Positions 27,660-40,659 of a DNA stretch of 64,000 bases are shown here, piece after piece; the first letter of the stretch is position 1, and each line of letters opens with the position of its first letter. The stretch comes from Eledone cirrhosa. Lineage: Eukaryota. A program made the translations under genes and the position numbers. The notes below the pieces were generated by a model. The model was not told the DNA's origin and did not search any database. It saw nothing but the letters and a program-made list of their open reading frames with translations. The stretch is from positions 200,322,001-200,386,000 of the forward strand of contig OZ024741.1 of assembly GCA_964016885.1 (NCBI GenBank). Reading direction: 5' to 3'.

Positions 27660-28460
27660 GTCACAATTGTCACAATTTTAGCGACTGAAAGAAACGTCGG
27701 CACGTTACGTATTAAGGAAGGGCTTCTTATCAAACGACTACAATCGCAATTAAACAACCGTTTAGAGAGAAGCGAAATGAAATGGCTGGTTTAAGTTAAC
27801 AAGCGATGCAACAACATACAACACACGCACACACACACACACACACGCAAACGAGACAACTACACACACACACGCACACACACAATAGCATTCCACCATA
27901 CGAACATACTACACTGCCAATACAGATGAACAAGACAACTACACACGCACACACACACACACACACACACACTCAAGCGAGACAGCAACATACGCACACA
28001 CACGCACAGTAACATTTAACAAGCAGGCAGAGAATGGACTGACAGCTAGCGCCATCCCACTCCCTCATTCGGCCGTTGACTTCTGTACGACCGATCCCAT
28101 TTCACGCGCACGCGCGCCCGACCGAATACCTCAGATATTCAAATCACAAACAGCGAAAGACGCGTTCCGAATTGTCCGACAGACAACCTTTTCCCCCACC
28201 CCGGAAAAAAACCCCCAGTTGATGGATGTGAATCCGAAATATATAGGGACTATTAAATCTCTCTCTCTTGTGTTGTTATTATTATTTTTACCCTTTCACT
28301 CTTCCCTTCATTCTACACATCTCACACATCTTATACACACCACGCATCTCAACGTACACCCACTTACATATCTCTCTCTCTCCTACACCAGACCCTGTTA
28401 CCCGGAGATTTACCCATTTGCATTGTCGAGGCTTCCAAACGACTTATAAATATTTACTTA
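27660..28460 (+). mobile_element. Penelope-like element 3' remnant between (TA)n tracts
   Basis: [31 protein letters not shown] resembles a GIY-YIG C-terminus. A degenerate hammerhead-like motif lies at about 28213-28250. Confidence 0.55.
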
Positions 28461-28492
28461 TTGTTCCACAATGCTTCAAGCAAACTTCAATA

Positions 28493-28537
<45 letters not shown>

Positions 28538-28539
<2 letters not shown>

Positions 28540-28820
28540 TCATCATTTCATTTTACGTCCGCTTTTTCCCTGCTTACAAGGGTGGGACGAGAACTGATTC
28601 TGGCTTGATTTCTACAGCTGGATGCCTTTCCTAACACCAACCTCATTTACAGTGAGTGGTGGGTGCTTTTTTGCCGTGGCACCTCCACGGCCACTTTGCA
28701 GTGGAATGATTTCTACAGCTGAGTGAACTGGAGCAATTGTCTTGCTCAAGGAAACAACACATCACTCGGTCTGAGTATTGAACTCACAACCTTTCGATTG
28801 CAAGGCCAATGCTCTAACCA
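28538..28820 (-). mobile_element. SINE family 2 copy
   Basis: Reverse complement of 12610-12940, flanked by (TA)n. Confidence 0.8.
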
Positions 28821-28854
<34 letters not shown>

Positions 28855-28899
28855 CCACCAGTCACATCCTGATGCCGAGGAGGATATTAGAGGGAGCTA

Positions 28900-30022
28900 G
28901 AGCAAAGTGCCTTCCTGCGGTCATGGTTTTCATTGACTTGACTTTAGGAAGGCCTTTGATTCTGTGGACCGTTACTGCCTGATGAAGATCTTACAGGCTT
29001 ATGGAATCCCCAAGAGGATAGTGGTCCTGATATCACTGCTCTACACCAACACCAAAGCCCAAGTCATTACACCTGATGGGATGACAGAGTTCTTTGAGAT
29101 ACTGGCTGGAGTGCTCCAGGGAGATACATTGGCTCCCTACCTTTTTATCATTGCAGTGGACTATTGTATCCGCCTTGCACTGGAGAAACACCAGGACTCT
29201 GGCTTTACTGTAGCACCGGCTCAGAGCAGGAGAGTTGGGGCGAAAAAGGTATCGGATGCTGAATTTGCCGACGACATAGTTTTGGTGACAAATACAGTGA
29301 AGGAGGCAGAGGATTTGATGCGGGAGGTTGAGACTGTGTCGATGAGTGTGAGGCTGAGAATGAATGAGACTAAAACAAAATATCTGGTAGAGAATGTTGA
29401 GAAGCCAGAGGGGATCACTAATGTAGGCGGGAAGCCGCTGGAATTGGTTGAGGACTTCCTGTATTTGGGAGCAAAGATTGGGAATACGGAGGATGATGTG
29501 GTTGAGAGGAAGAGCAAGGCCTGGGCGGCGTGCCACAGCTTGAGATCGGTGTGGAAGTCGGACCTTCGTAGAGACCTGAAAATCCGCCTCTTCATTGCTG
29601 TAGTGGAGTCTGTGCTGCTGTATGGGTCTGAGACTTGGACACTGACCAAGAAACTCACTCAGATGGTGGATGGGTGCTACACGAGAATGTTGAGGATGGC
29701 TCTGAACATTAATCAGTATACACTGAGGATGAAAAACTCAGAGCTGTATGGGAGCATCCCAAGAGTCAGCTCAAAAGTGACACAGAGGAGACTGAGGTTG
29801 GCTGGACATGCTCACCGACATCCAGAGCTGACATTGCACTCAGTGCTCCTTTGGGAGCCCCTACATGGACACACTAGAAGAGGAAGACCAAGGTTAACAT
29901 ATGTTGATGCCCTAAGGACAGACACTGGTCTGTTGGAGATGCAGGATATGGCAGCGATAATGAGGGACAGAGACCGCTGGAGAGAACTCGTCCATGGATC
30001 TCGGGAATTTTACCCGCCTTAG
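28900..30022 (+). mobile_element. 5'-truncated RTE-like LINE with an open RT C-terminal half (352 aa)
   Basis: Motifs GVLQGDTLAPYLF, FADDIVL, DFLYLG, LLYGSETW and GRPRLTY. Flanked by (TA)n. Confidence 0.9.
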
Positions 30023-30024
30023 AT

Positions 30025-30086
<62 letters not shown>

Positions 30087-30302
30087 CAAGCAGGGGAAAG
30101 CGGACGTATGATGATGATGATGATGATATATATATATTAGAAAGTGAGGTTTTTTTAACAAAATGAAAAATAACCGAGGTGTCCTACACGAGTGAAAGTA
30201 TAAGGAAAAAAGATGAAATCGAAAATGCAACTGGAGTTTTTAAAAAAAAACAACCCCAGTTGCATTTTCGATTTCATCTTTTTTCCTTATATATATATAC
30301 TA

Positions 30303-31443
30303 CCAGCTGAGCCCGGTTGCACCCGGGACCACTTTTTATTAAGTTAATAATTTGAAAAATATTATTGAAAGTTTATTATAAAGAAGCAGTTTCAGGGAAA
30401 AAAATAGAAATATGCACTTGGGGCTGGACAGCGTACAATGAGAAGTGGAGCGACGTGAAAAGCGTTGTTTATTAACAGCGAAATAGCAATGTCAATGATA
30501 TGCAATTTGAAAAATACTACTTACTGTTAGTCGTGGTTAACATGTATTAGAATTAAAATAAAAACACACGTCCCTTCTTCGCAATTTAAGGGTTTGGCGA
30601 TACTTGGTTTTAGTGTCCCAAATTATCATCATCGACATTCAATTATCAGCTCCACCCACTACACGATACGTCACGACACGTCATCAGCTGCTGCGGCTTG
30701 ATTTTTACATGTTCATTTTCTTACACGCTTCATTTTTACACGAAAAAACATTGAATTTTTAGAATAAATATTTATTAAAATATTAACAGAGAAAATTAGA
30801 TTTTTGATTTATTTTTTGAACAAAATAAATATTTATTTACAGTTTTTCACAGAAAAACTATGCTTCATTTTTACATGAATATTTATTTACAGTTTTTAAC
30901 AGAAAAAAAATTTGCTGCGAAATACATTTTTTTAAAACAGATTTACAGTTTTTAACAACAGAAAAAAAATTTCTTTAAACAATATATTGTTGCGATATAC
31001 AATTTAAAATTTTTTCGAAACATTTACTTTCGTGACGTATCGTGTAGTGGGTGGAGCTAATAATTGAATGTCGATGATGATAATTTAGGACACTAAAACC
31101 AAGTATCGCCGAGGGTTTTATTTCTTTTGATGGAAAACAGTGACCGTACTGCAGAATCGATTTCATAAAAGGGTACTGTATGATCGTTAAATGTAGAAGG
31201 ATGATGAAATTGTAAATAAGACAAAAGTATTAGAACAGGGGGAAATAACTCACCGAACGCGATAGTTTTGGGGCCCCAGGGACCACATTTTTCAAGTTAG
31301 AAATTTGAAACCTCATCTATTTGCTTCCTTGGCACTTTTTACATAGGTGTGTAAATTTTCATGTCAGTCCGACCACGTCTACTACCATTTAACCGTCCAC
31401 ATTTGAATTTCAACCACCGCCCATTTCACAAATATATATTAGA
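30303..31443 (-). mobile_element. Non-autonomous Helitron
   Basis: Minus strand starts A|TC at 31443 and ends with hairpin CCCGG-GTGCAA-CCGGG followed by CTGG|T (CTRR), i.e. an AT target with no TSD. Confidence 0.7.
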
Positions 31444-31991
31444 TATATGTGTGTGTGTGTGTGTAGTTCAAAAGGACAAACAAACAAACGCAGGAGTCAA
31501 TTGTATAAAGTGTTATTACTTCACGCTTGATGAAAGTGGGGGGAGATTTCAATCTATTGGAAAGTTAAATTAATAACTAAGATGATTAAGGGAAAGAACT
31601 CGAAGATTGACAAAATTAAGCCCCTTGCATTCGGTTTAACTGCTCGACAAGCTGAACATCGCTAGCTGTCGACGTATTGGTCGCTTTCTAATTAGATATA
31701 TCGTCGAACCTCCCTAGCAGTGAGTAGGGAGGTGGTCCTACTCACTACTAGGGAGGCGGAATTGGCCACCCGCTCATATGAACATCACGAGCTGGAATAG
31801 CTATTTCAAAGCGTTTCCCTCGCCATACTTTATTTTGTCCGTCAGGTTTAGGTAGTTTACGTTGTTTAAAAAAGAAACGGAGACGAGTTGGCTCCCCTGT
31901 TTTCTCGTCAGAACACCCCCTCCCCACAAAAATGTAGTTTTCTTTACAACTATATTTTACTCTGTATTTCTTGTGTATTATTTAATTATTC

Positions 31992-32170
31992 AGGGCGGTG
32001 AATTGGCAGTATCGGTAGAGGGTTGGACACCATGCTTTCTAGCATAGTTACGTCCTGAGTTCAAATCCCGCCGAGGTTAACTTTGCGTTTCATCCTTACG
32101 GGGTCGATAAAATAAAGTACCAGTAATGTACTGGGTAATTGCTGGCCTTGTGCCAAAAGTAGAAACAATT
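31992..32170 (+). mobile_element. SINE family 1 full copy
   Basis: Head GGCGGTGAATTGGCAGTATCGG..GAGTTCAAATCC plus the family core. Confidence 0.85.
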
Positions 32171-33444
32171 ATTTAATTATTCAGTTTTTCCTCCAGCGTT
32201 CCTTGCTGACCATTCATGTATGCCACGAGGACGTCCAACACCTTCATTGTGAATGTGGATGAAATACTCTTAGGCTCTCCTATTAAAAAAAAAGTAGTGG
32301 TGTTTTGTTCAACAAATTTCAATTAAATTATATAATGGTTATAATAATTTAAAAAAAAAAATAAAAAAAAAAGTAAAGGGAAGTGGGCGGCAGCAGACTA
32401 CACGTCTCAGTCTAGGCGGTATATAGCACCTGCGCCCCACAGATAAAATGGCGAAAGCATTGCCGCAGAGAACAGCCAGCAACACTCGCTACATCAGCCA
32501 TTCCACCTCACGGAGCTCCTTCTTCAGGCGTGATGCATTCCTCCCAATTTTGCTTCTCAGTGTCATGGCCGACAGTGCTCGGCTTCGTGACTGAAATGAC
32601 AAGGCTGGAGACGGACAGTGTGACGCTATACGTGGGCGACCAGACTAGTGATTTACCCACTCAAATGGAAAAAAGTTTATTCCGTTTGGGCGCTTGCCAT
32701 CACCGCGGTCGAGGCCCAAGTTGTAATGGGAAACCGACTGCGTCATGGACCTTCTGACTCATACCTCTCCTGGAGTTTTCTTTACCCCCTAACACTAACG
32801 CTAATCCTAATCCTAACCTTAACCCCAACCCCGGAGAAGCGGGGGAACTCGGACTTTTCTTGGGTAAAAGTCCTTATTTCCCACCAAAATCGATGGGGAT
32901 GTTCTTCGATAATACCGAAAATTTTATAATTTATTCAATTCAATTTAAGCTTGATACATGGGCCTGCATTCAGCATTCGTTATCGTCTAATACGAAATTC
33001 TTATACTTGTCATCACTGTTTTCTGGACTGTGGATAACCAACTGTGCTGACGTTCAGAATAAAAATACTTGTTACTGCACTACTTGCTACCCCACGAAGT
33101 TAATTCGTTTTAGAAGCTGGTTAGATAGGAGTAACTCAAGTTTAATATTAAGGCATATACGATATGTTTATGTATAATATATATACATAAGTCTTGCTAT
33201 GATTGTTTTAAGCTGTGAGAACACAGGACACGTGTGCTGTATGTTTATTCAGCATCAGTAACATTTACTTATTTGGTACTGAGACAAGAATAAGCTATAA
33301 CTTTTAAGGTCTTTGTAGAAAAATATGTAGAATATGAAACTATATACATATATATATAGTAATAATACATTTGAAGACTAAAATCCAAAGAGGGCTCGAT
33401 AAGGATAAATATATATCAGATATATAAGAACCGTCATGTTATTT

Positions 33445-33555
<111 letters not shown>

Positions 33556-33559
33556 AAAG

Positions 33560-34870
33560 AATGGTGAGCAAATGGAGTCCCACGTGCTGGCCTCCCCACA
33601 GACCCGGCGGACAGAAGGCGTTTCCCCGGAGGATGGTATGGGAGATGCGCTGGAAGAGTCATTCCAACTCGCGAGGCTCACAACTGCGGCTGACCAGCTC
33701 AGCGCCTATGGTGGTAAGTAGGGAGGTAGCCCTAGTGCCAAGGACACCAGAAGTCTCCACTGCCAAGGGCACGACCGTGAACCTGTCGGAGAGCGACCGG
33801 TACTTGGAGAGATTGGCCTCCTCAGCCTGACGGGCAGCAGTACCTGGGTTAGTCGCAGACTGCACCAGGTTGCGGCTGGAGAAAGTGTCGCTTCAAGTAG
33901 TATCCCAAACGAGGTGTTTGCCACCGCGGAACGGAAGATGGTCATACTGTCTGGCCTTCTCCTCGGTCCAGCCGCACCGGCTCGAGCTGGGAGAGCAAGC
34001 CTGCAGCGTCCAAGCCATGCTTTAAGACCTCGCTGAGGGCAACATGGCACGGGAAAGCGGGTGGAGGCCGAGAGAGTCCACGGTGGATCCACAGCGACAT
34101 TTATGTGGCTCGCAGATCCGGAGTCCAAGCCTCAAGGAAACGCCGATGCGCAGGCTATTGTTATCCAGCTGCGTACCAGTGGAGAAGGAGGGAAAGGCAT
34201 GGAGCCAAGCACCACTGCTGGATACGGAGGCCGCGCGAAAACAGGCAAGGCGGTGCTGGTCGAGCTGGCGCGTGAGCCTATCTGAGGCAAGGCTGCATTG
34301 GGTTGTGGAGGGTTCCATTGTGTTTTGGAGAACCCTGACGTGACATGAGGTTACCGATGAAAGAAACGCCGGCAAAGCCAGTGCGATCGGGGACCGGAGG
34401 CCAAGGCCACCATATCTGACAGGTAAAGTGGCCTGTTGCCATCCAATGTCGTCAAACCTGACGTTGCATATCTCCTCAGCTGCCACTCGGATACAAGTAT
34501 CGAGGTCAGCGAGGAGAGAGGCGTGGCTGTAGCACAGAGCGCTGCGAAGGGTGTAGAGGTGCTTCGGCATGGCGAAGCAGTTCCTCAACAGGAAGAGAGC
34601 TGGGTGGCCGTCGATCAAGCCCAGTCGGCTCGTGAGGGTCTGAAGTTGTTGGAGCCTGGACCTGATGGTGGAGTGGATGGCCGGCGGGTGGATCAGTGAC
34701 CCGAGAATGAGGACATCCTCTTTGGAGGTCACCTGTACCTGGTGGAGAATGGACCGCACGTCCGAGACGGAGGCTGCCAAGATCTCAGCATCATGGCTGA
34801 CATTCACCGCCTCCGACTTGGACGAGTTGACCTGGAGGCCGATTCCCACCAGGGTAGGAACCACCGATTG
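33560..34870 (-). mobile_element. CRE-clade-like non-LTR retrotransposon fragment (RT C-terminus, Zn knuckle, restriction-like endonuclease)
   Basis: Motifs LPVRYGGLGL, GAWLHAFP, HKCRCG..GLHPLS, RRPDSMT, KYRSL and VPLAVETSGVLG. Frameshifted. The 3' end abuts a (TA)n/(CA)n tract. Confidence 0.8.
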
Positions 34871-34879
34871 AAGGTCATG

Positions 34880-35320
34880 GCAGACAGTCTCTATTGGGTG
34901 TTCTGTAGTATAGAACGAGAATTTGGTAAATGTTTCCTTGTTGAAGTATCAGTTATGCAATAACAGATATTGAATGTTGTAACAGAACAATGAATTCGAT
35001 CTGGTACACACTTTGTGAGTGATAACTGGATAGTTGACTACAACATTGAGCCAATAGTGACTACATCTACTCCATTATTGCTCGTGAACAAAACTTAGTC
35101 GATTTTGAAGATGCAGATGGGCATATGGAGACTGTTGAAAATATATGAATGCAAGCAAAGCGAAAAATTCGCTGGCAATTACAGGGGAGCTGGACCGCTG
35201 ACGACAGGATTCTATGTTGTATGTTAGTGCGCTTGGTTGTTGGTTGCTCCAACGTTTTAGCTTCGCAATCACCCACGTTAATGTAGTGAGTGTCATAGTT
35301 CGCCTCAAACATTTTTAGAA
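34880..35320 (+). mobile_element. Degenerate Merlin/IS1016 (ISXO2-like) DDE transposase fragment
   Basis: WVFCSIEREFGKCFLVEV, IRSGTHFVSDNW and NLVDFEDADGHMETVENI*MQAKRK match the Merlin motifs WVFG.IER, I..GT.I.SD.W and NFVDP..HT..IE..W. Confidence 0.65.
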
Positions 35321-36674
35321 AGAAACACTAAATTCCCTGTTGTAGTGTGTAAATTGAATGCACGTCTTTTCCTGTGATTTTTTTTCTTTATTTTTATTAT
35401 TAATTCGTTCCTTTTGCAAACCATGAAGATTATATAATTTAATTAGATACACATAATAAATACAACGCTCCACAAAAGAAAAAAAAAGATTTTATTAGAT
35501 GGCTGTTGACTCTCCTGAGTTCCTCTGCCCTTTGGCAGGTTTTGTTTTTCATCCCGCATGGTGTCCCAAATCCTCCTCCTCGCCAACGTCTTTTCTTGTG
35601 ATTTTTTTCTTTATTTTTCTTATTAATTCGTTCCTTTCATAAACCATGAAGATTATATAATTTAATTAGATACACACAATAAATACAACGCTGCTACATG
35701 TATGGAGTCATCCCACCATTTTAGCGAATAATATTTGGTACCTCTAAACCCTTTTCGTTTGATTCTGTTCAGCACAATTCAATCAAAGCTTATTGTTAGC
35801 ATTTGTGTTATTTTATTGTAGCTATACGTGGTTTCTAATTTTTGTAAAAAAAAATCATTTTCTTATTTCTTTCCTATGTTGCATATAAGCTTATTTTTTG
35901 TTTATACAAAATCCCTCTTTCTTTTTTGTACGTTCTTTTTCATTTTCAATTTAATTTGATAGTAAATGGTATTCGTTATGACGGAATTTTACCTGTATCA
36001 AAAAAAAAAAAAAAAAGAAAATAAGGGAACCAACTCATGGTTGTAATTGTCTCTTTTTTTTAGGAATGTAAAATACGACTTTACCGTTTAATTTCATTTT
36101 CTCATTTTGATATCTATTGAAGTTTACTACTAATGTCATATGTTATAGAGAACGAATAAACGGAAAAAAAAGAAAAAGAAAAAAAGACATCGTTTGTTTA
36201 TACGATCATTACAAGACCAACTTTGTAACGCCAAGTCACATTACTAAAATAGTCTTAACGATTCAATTTGAAGAAGAGAGTTATTTCCCTTGATTGATTT
36301 GCATAAGCAGCTTAACACCTGCTGTCTTAAAAACATATTGAGACAAAGGCCTGAAACCTTTTATTAACGTCTGTTGATTGAAGGATACTGTCTATTATAG
36401 TCTATAAACTCTTAATCTACCAGCCTCTCCGCCGTTTTCTTTTAGATTATTCACCTTCAGATTTGAATAAGTAGCATAAATGTGTAAAATGTAAACCTTT
36501 ACTAGATTGTTACCGCAGTCTGATGCGATGATACGAAGCAACATTTTATTCATTCACTCCGTTTATATCTCGACAGTAACTTCTGTATCATTATAAGCCT
36601 GTTACAATGTTCTGGAATATTTAGGTGATAATTATGTACCTGCGTAAGTATATGTATGTATGTATGTATGTATG

Positions 36675-38644
36675 TTTTCTCTTTCTCTTAATTTTGAGTA
36701 TATTTTTTGACCGGCCACCTTCCTGGTGGCAAGGTTGTAAAAGAAAAGAAATTGTCATCCCTTGAATCGCAAGAATGTTTTGCAAATTTTGAAGGTGCCA
36801 GCTATCGCAGCCATTTGTAGACTATGAATTAGGGAGCTGCGCTTTTTGTCCGCAAATCCAAGTTCAGTCATACTTTGGTCCAAGCGGGTTGGTATATAAC
36901 CCGTAGCACCAATAATGATGGGTATGAAGCTAAAGGTGTATCTTGGATACTGGATTTGTAAACTCCTCATCAATGGTCCGTAGATGTCCTCCTTCTCCTG
37001 TATTTTTCTGACAACGTTTACATCAAGTGGGCAGCTGATCTCCACAACAGAACACGTTTTCAATGTGTGGTCCCAAACTACAATATCAGGCCGGTTGTGC
37101 TTTAATTTGGTGGCAGTTTTTATTTTCAGGTTCCACCAGTATTCCTTAGTGCCATCTGTCTCAATATATTCTTCCTCGTTTGTTGTTGATTTTGTTTTCC
37201 GAAGTGCGTTCCAGATGGTTCTAGCTATCCCATCGTGTCTCATGGGGAGGTAGTAGCGAGATGACATTCTTTCGCAGCTGGCAACAATGTGGCTTACATC
37301 CTCGATCTTTGTTTTACATAGCCTACATTTATTGTCAGCTGTTGGCCCTCCTCTTTTCTGCAGCAGATATTTGGTAGGGAGTTCTTGTTCCTGTATTGCA
37401 TAGAGATATCCCTCAAGGTGTGATGTCATAAACTTGTCGGAACTCCATGCCAGGCTTTTTGAGTGGTTTATCCCCTCTATGGTCTGTGTTTTACGCCTCA
37501 AGTATCCATGCACAACTTTTTCTGTAAATTGGTCAATTTTTTTTTCTTGTTTGAACATTGAATAGGATCTTCCGATTTCTCTGGGTGAGAGATTTATATC
37601 GGGCTTTATTCCATATCTCTCCTCCAGATCAGTCGCTATTCTAATGATATTTCTTTTTTCATGGTCATAAACCTGGGCAAGATGGTTGCCAACCTTTTTC
37701 CTCTGTTGAAGGTGTTGCTTCAGTGTCACTATCCGGGTCTCATATGTTGTTAATATTGATTTTAGACCCCGGCCACCTTCCTTGCGTGAGAAGTATAGCC
37801 TATCCACATCACCATTGATGTTAAAGTTCCCAGTAACACTGAGAAGTTTTCGAGTTCTAACATCCATCTCACTTAGTTCTTGCAATGACCAGTTCAGTAG
37901 GCCAAATGTTGGCGTTAGAATTGGCACAGCATAAGTATTGTGGGCAATGTATTTGTTGTATGCTGACAGTTCTGATGACCATATTTTCTTTATTCTTCTG
38001 AGGTATTCAGTTCTGGTTCTCTCCTTATTTATGGGTCCATCATATCTGACATTCTCATCCTGTCCAAGATATCTGTAGTTGTCACCTGACTGCAGAGGTT
38101 GTATTGTCAGGCCGTTCATCTCTAGATTTCTAGAGGAGGGCACAGCTCTTCCACGTTTTACTGCCAAATATGCACACTTGGACTCACCAAATTTCATTTT
38201 GATGTCGGTTGAAAATTGTGTAATGAGGTCCAATTGTTTCTTGATGTCATTGATATTTGGCCCATACAACTTCAGGTCATCAACAAAGAAAAGATGGGAG
38301 ATACTTCTGGTCCCACTTCTTTGTCGACCTTGTTTCCTGAGTAGGTAAGATAGTGGATTCAGTGAGAGAACGAAGAGTAGCACTGACAAGCTATCACCCT
38401 GAAAGATGCCCTTCTGGTAATGTATCTTATCAGTCTTAACCTGCTCCTTCTCACCTCTAAGGATCAAACTGGTGTACCAGTTCTTGGTCAGGCGTTCAAA
38501 AGCAGCTACCAATGGTTGTGGGACTTTAGCTAACTGTAAAGCCTTAACAATCCACCCATGAGGTACACTATCAAATGCTTTTTGATAGTCCAGCCACACG
38601 ACAGTCATGTTTCTGCGATTCTTTGTTTTTTTTTGTTTTTTTTT
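36675..38644 (-). mobile_element. 5'-truncated R4/Dong-like RLE non-LTR retrotransposon with an intact ~620-aa frame
   Basis: Motifs WLDYQKAFDSVPH, GIFQGDSLS, HLFFVDD, RKEGGRGL, CRLC..H..C, RHD and RPDIVVWD..VVEISCP. (TATG)n lies on both sides (36651-36674, 38645-38738). Confidence 0.9.
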
Positions 38645-38738
38645 ATGTATGTATGTATGTATGTATGTATGTATGTATGTATGTATGTATGTATGTATGT
38701 ATGTATGTATGTATGTATGTATGTATGTATGTATGTAT

Positions 38739-39331
38739 GGTGCTACTGGTAACATGTATCCCAGTACAACCTGTCTCATGGTCGGGTCGTTGGCGACTAA
38801 ACTGGCAACCCCACCAAAGTTTTTTGGTGAGGAGGGTGACTTTGGACATCCTGCAGGACTAAAAACAAAACCTGTCAAAGGGCAAAGGAGCTCATAAGAG
38901 TCAATGGCCATCCAAAATCACCGGGAGAGATGACCCCTTAGCCTTTTTCAAGGCAGAATTCTAGGAGAAGGAAAACTCTGATATAACATCTGCAATCCTG
39001 ATGGTATCCAATGATGTTGACTTGTTCTTCTTTTTGGTAAATATCATCTTGGTTAAGAGAGTGGGACTGGCTTTGTGCAGTGCCTTTGCTCACTATAAAA
39101 GCTTCACGGCACAGGCATTGCTTTATATCTGGAGATCTCTCTGCACTTGTCGTCACATGGTGCCATGGGCCCAGCACGATGTGTCAATAATTGTCACAGG
39201 TGTAGTATTTGTACCAGAGTTTTCAAGTCGCTGGCTGGACTAAAAAGTCACACTTGTTTAGCGCATCGGTAGGGGTTCTCCTACATGGATATAAAGTAGT
39301 GGCCGTACTCGATAACGAGTTGGCAGCCACC
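38739..39331 (+). mobile_element. ~600-bp non-autonomous RTE-derived unit A, copy 1, followed by an (ATGT)n tail
   Basis: Highly similar to 39442-40047, 41757-42375 and 48789-49395. Contains the RTE 5'UTR-like CTAGGAGAAGGAAAACTCTGA motif and 3' stem-loop CTCG-ATAA-CGAG. Confidence 0.85.
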
Positions 39332-39366
39332 ATGTATGTATGTATGTATGTATGTATGTATGTATG

Positions 39367-39397
<31 letters not shown>

Positions 39398-39441
39398 GTA
39401 TGTATGTATGTATGTATGTATTTATGTATGTATGTATGTAT

Positions 39442-40047
39442 GTCAGGTCACCACTTGGTGCTACTGGTAACATGTATTCCAGTAAAAACTGTCCCATGGT
39501 CGGGTCGTTGGCGACTAAACTGGCAACCCCACCAAGGTTTCTAGGTGAGGAGGGTGACTTTGGACATCCTGCAGGACTAAAAACAAAACCTGTCAAAGGG
39601 CAAAGGAGCTCTTAAGAGTCAATGGACATCCAAAATCACTGGGAGAGATGACCCCTTAGCCTTTGTCAAGGCAGAATTCTAGGAGAAGGAAAACTCTGAT
39701 ATAACACCTGCAACCCTGATGGTATCCAATGATGTTGACTTGTTCTTCTTTTTGGTAAATATCATCTTGATTAAGAGAGTGGGACTGGCTTTGTGCATTG
39801 CCTTTGCTCACTATAAAAGCTTTACGGCACAGGCATTGCTTTATATCTGGAGATCTCTCTGCATTTGTCGTCACATGGTACCATCGGCCTAGCACTATGT
39901 GTCAATAATTGTCACAGGTGTAGTGTTTGTACCAGAGTTTTCAAGTCGCTGGCTGGACTAATGTCACATTCGTTCAGCGCATCGGTAGGAGTTCTCCTAC
40001 ATGGATATAAAGTAGTGGCCGTACTCGAAAACGAGTTGGCAGCCACC
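39442..40047 (+). mobile_element. Unit A copy 2
   Basis: Starts GTCAGGTCACC directly after the (ATGT)n tail of copy 1 and ends GGCAGCCACC(ATGT)n. Confidence 0.85.
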
Positions 40048-40142
40048 ATGTATGTATGTATGTATGTATGTATGTATGTATGTATGTATGTATGTATGTA
40101 TGTATGTATGTATGTATGTATGTATGTAGGTATGTATGTATG

Positions 40143-40176
<34 letters not shown>

Positions 40177-40275
40177 TGCCCTTATTGCCAATTATCTTTT
40201 TTGTTCCAGAACCTAAATTGCCAATTATCTCTTTTATATTGTTCTGGAACATCATTGAATTGTAGAAAAAAAAAA

Positions 40276-40322
<47 letters not shown>

Positions 40323-40339
40323 CATAATAATAATACACT

Positions 40340-40640
40340 ATTAATAATTATTAATGCACTCGTGCAATGCCTGTGCGTGACGAATATTTTAAAAGTGAGG
40401 AAAGACTGTGCACTGAGCCAATCCCACTCTCTGGGCGACAGTAGCTATAACCCGAAAAGAAGAAAGATCAACATCATCGGTAACTACTGAGCTGCAGGTT
40501 TTATGTCGGAGTTAACCCAGTTTCCTGAGTTGCCTTCTCCTAGAAGAATGCCCTGACAAGGGCTAGGGGTTCTTAACTCCCAGTGGTTTAACTGCGCGAT
40601 CGGGCATCCAGCCCGATTATTTCTATGTCCCCGCGCAAAA
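40340..40640 (-). mobile_element. Related unit B, inverted
   Basis: Reverse complement of 49640-49930; shares the CTAGGAGAAGG and GATGTTGA..AGAGAGTGGGA blocks with unit A. Confidence 0.7.
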
Positions 40641-40659
40641 AAACAAAAAAAAAAACGAC

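Noticed and set aside
38645-38911. N-terminal ~95 aa of the 718-aa ORF as a real domain
   Set aside because: It is chance read-through of antisense unit A and (CATA)n (YIHT repeats) into the truncated retroelement frame.
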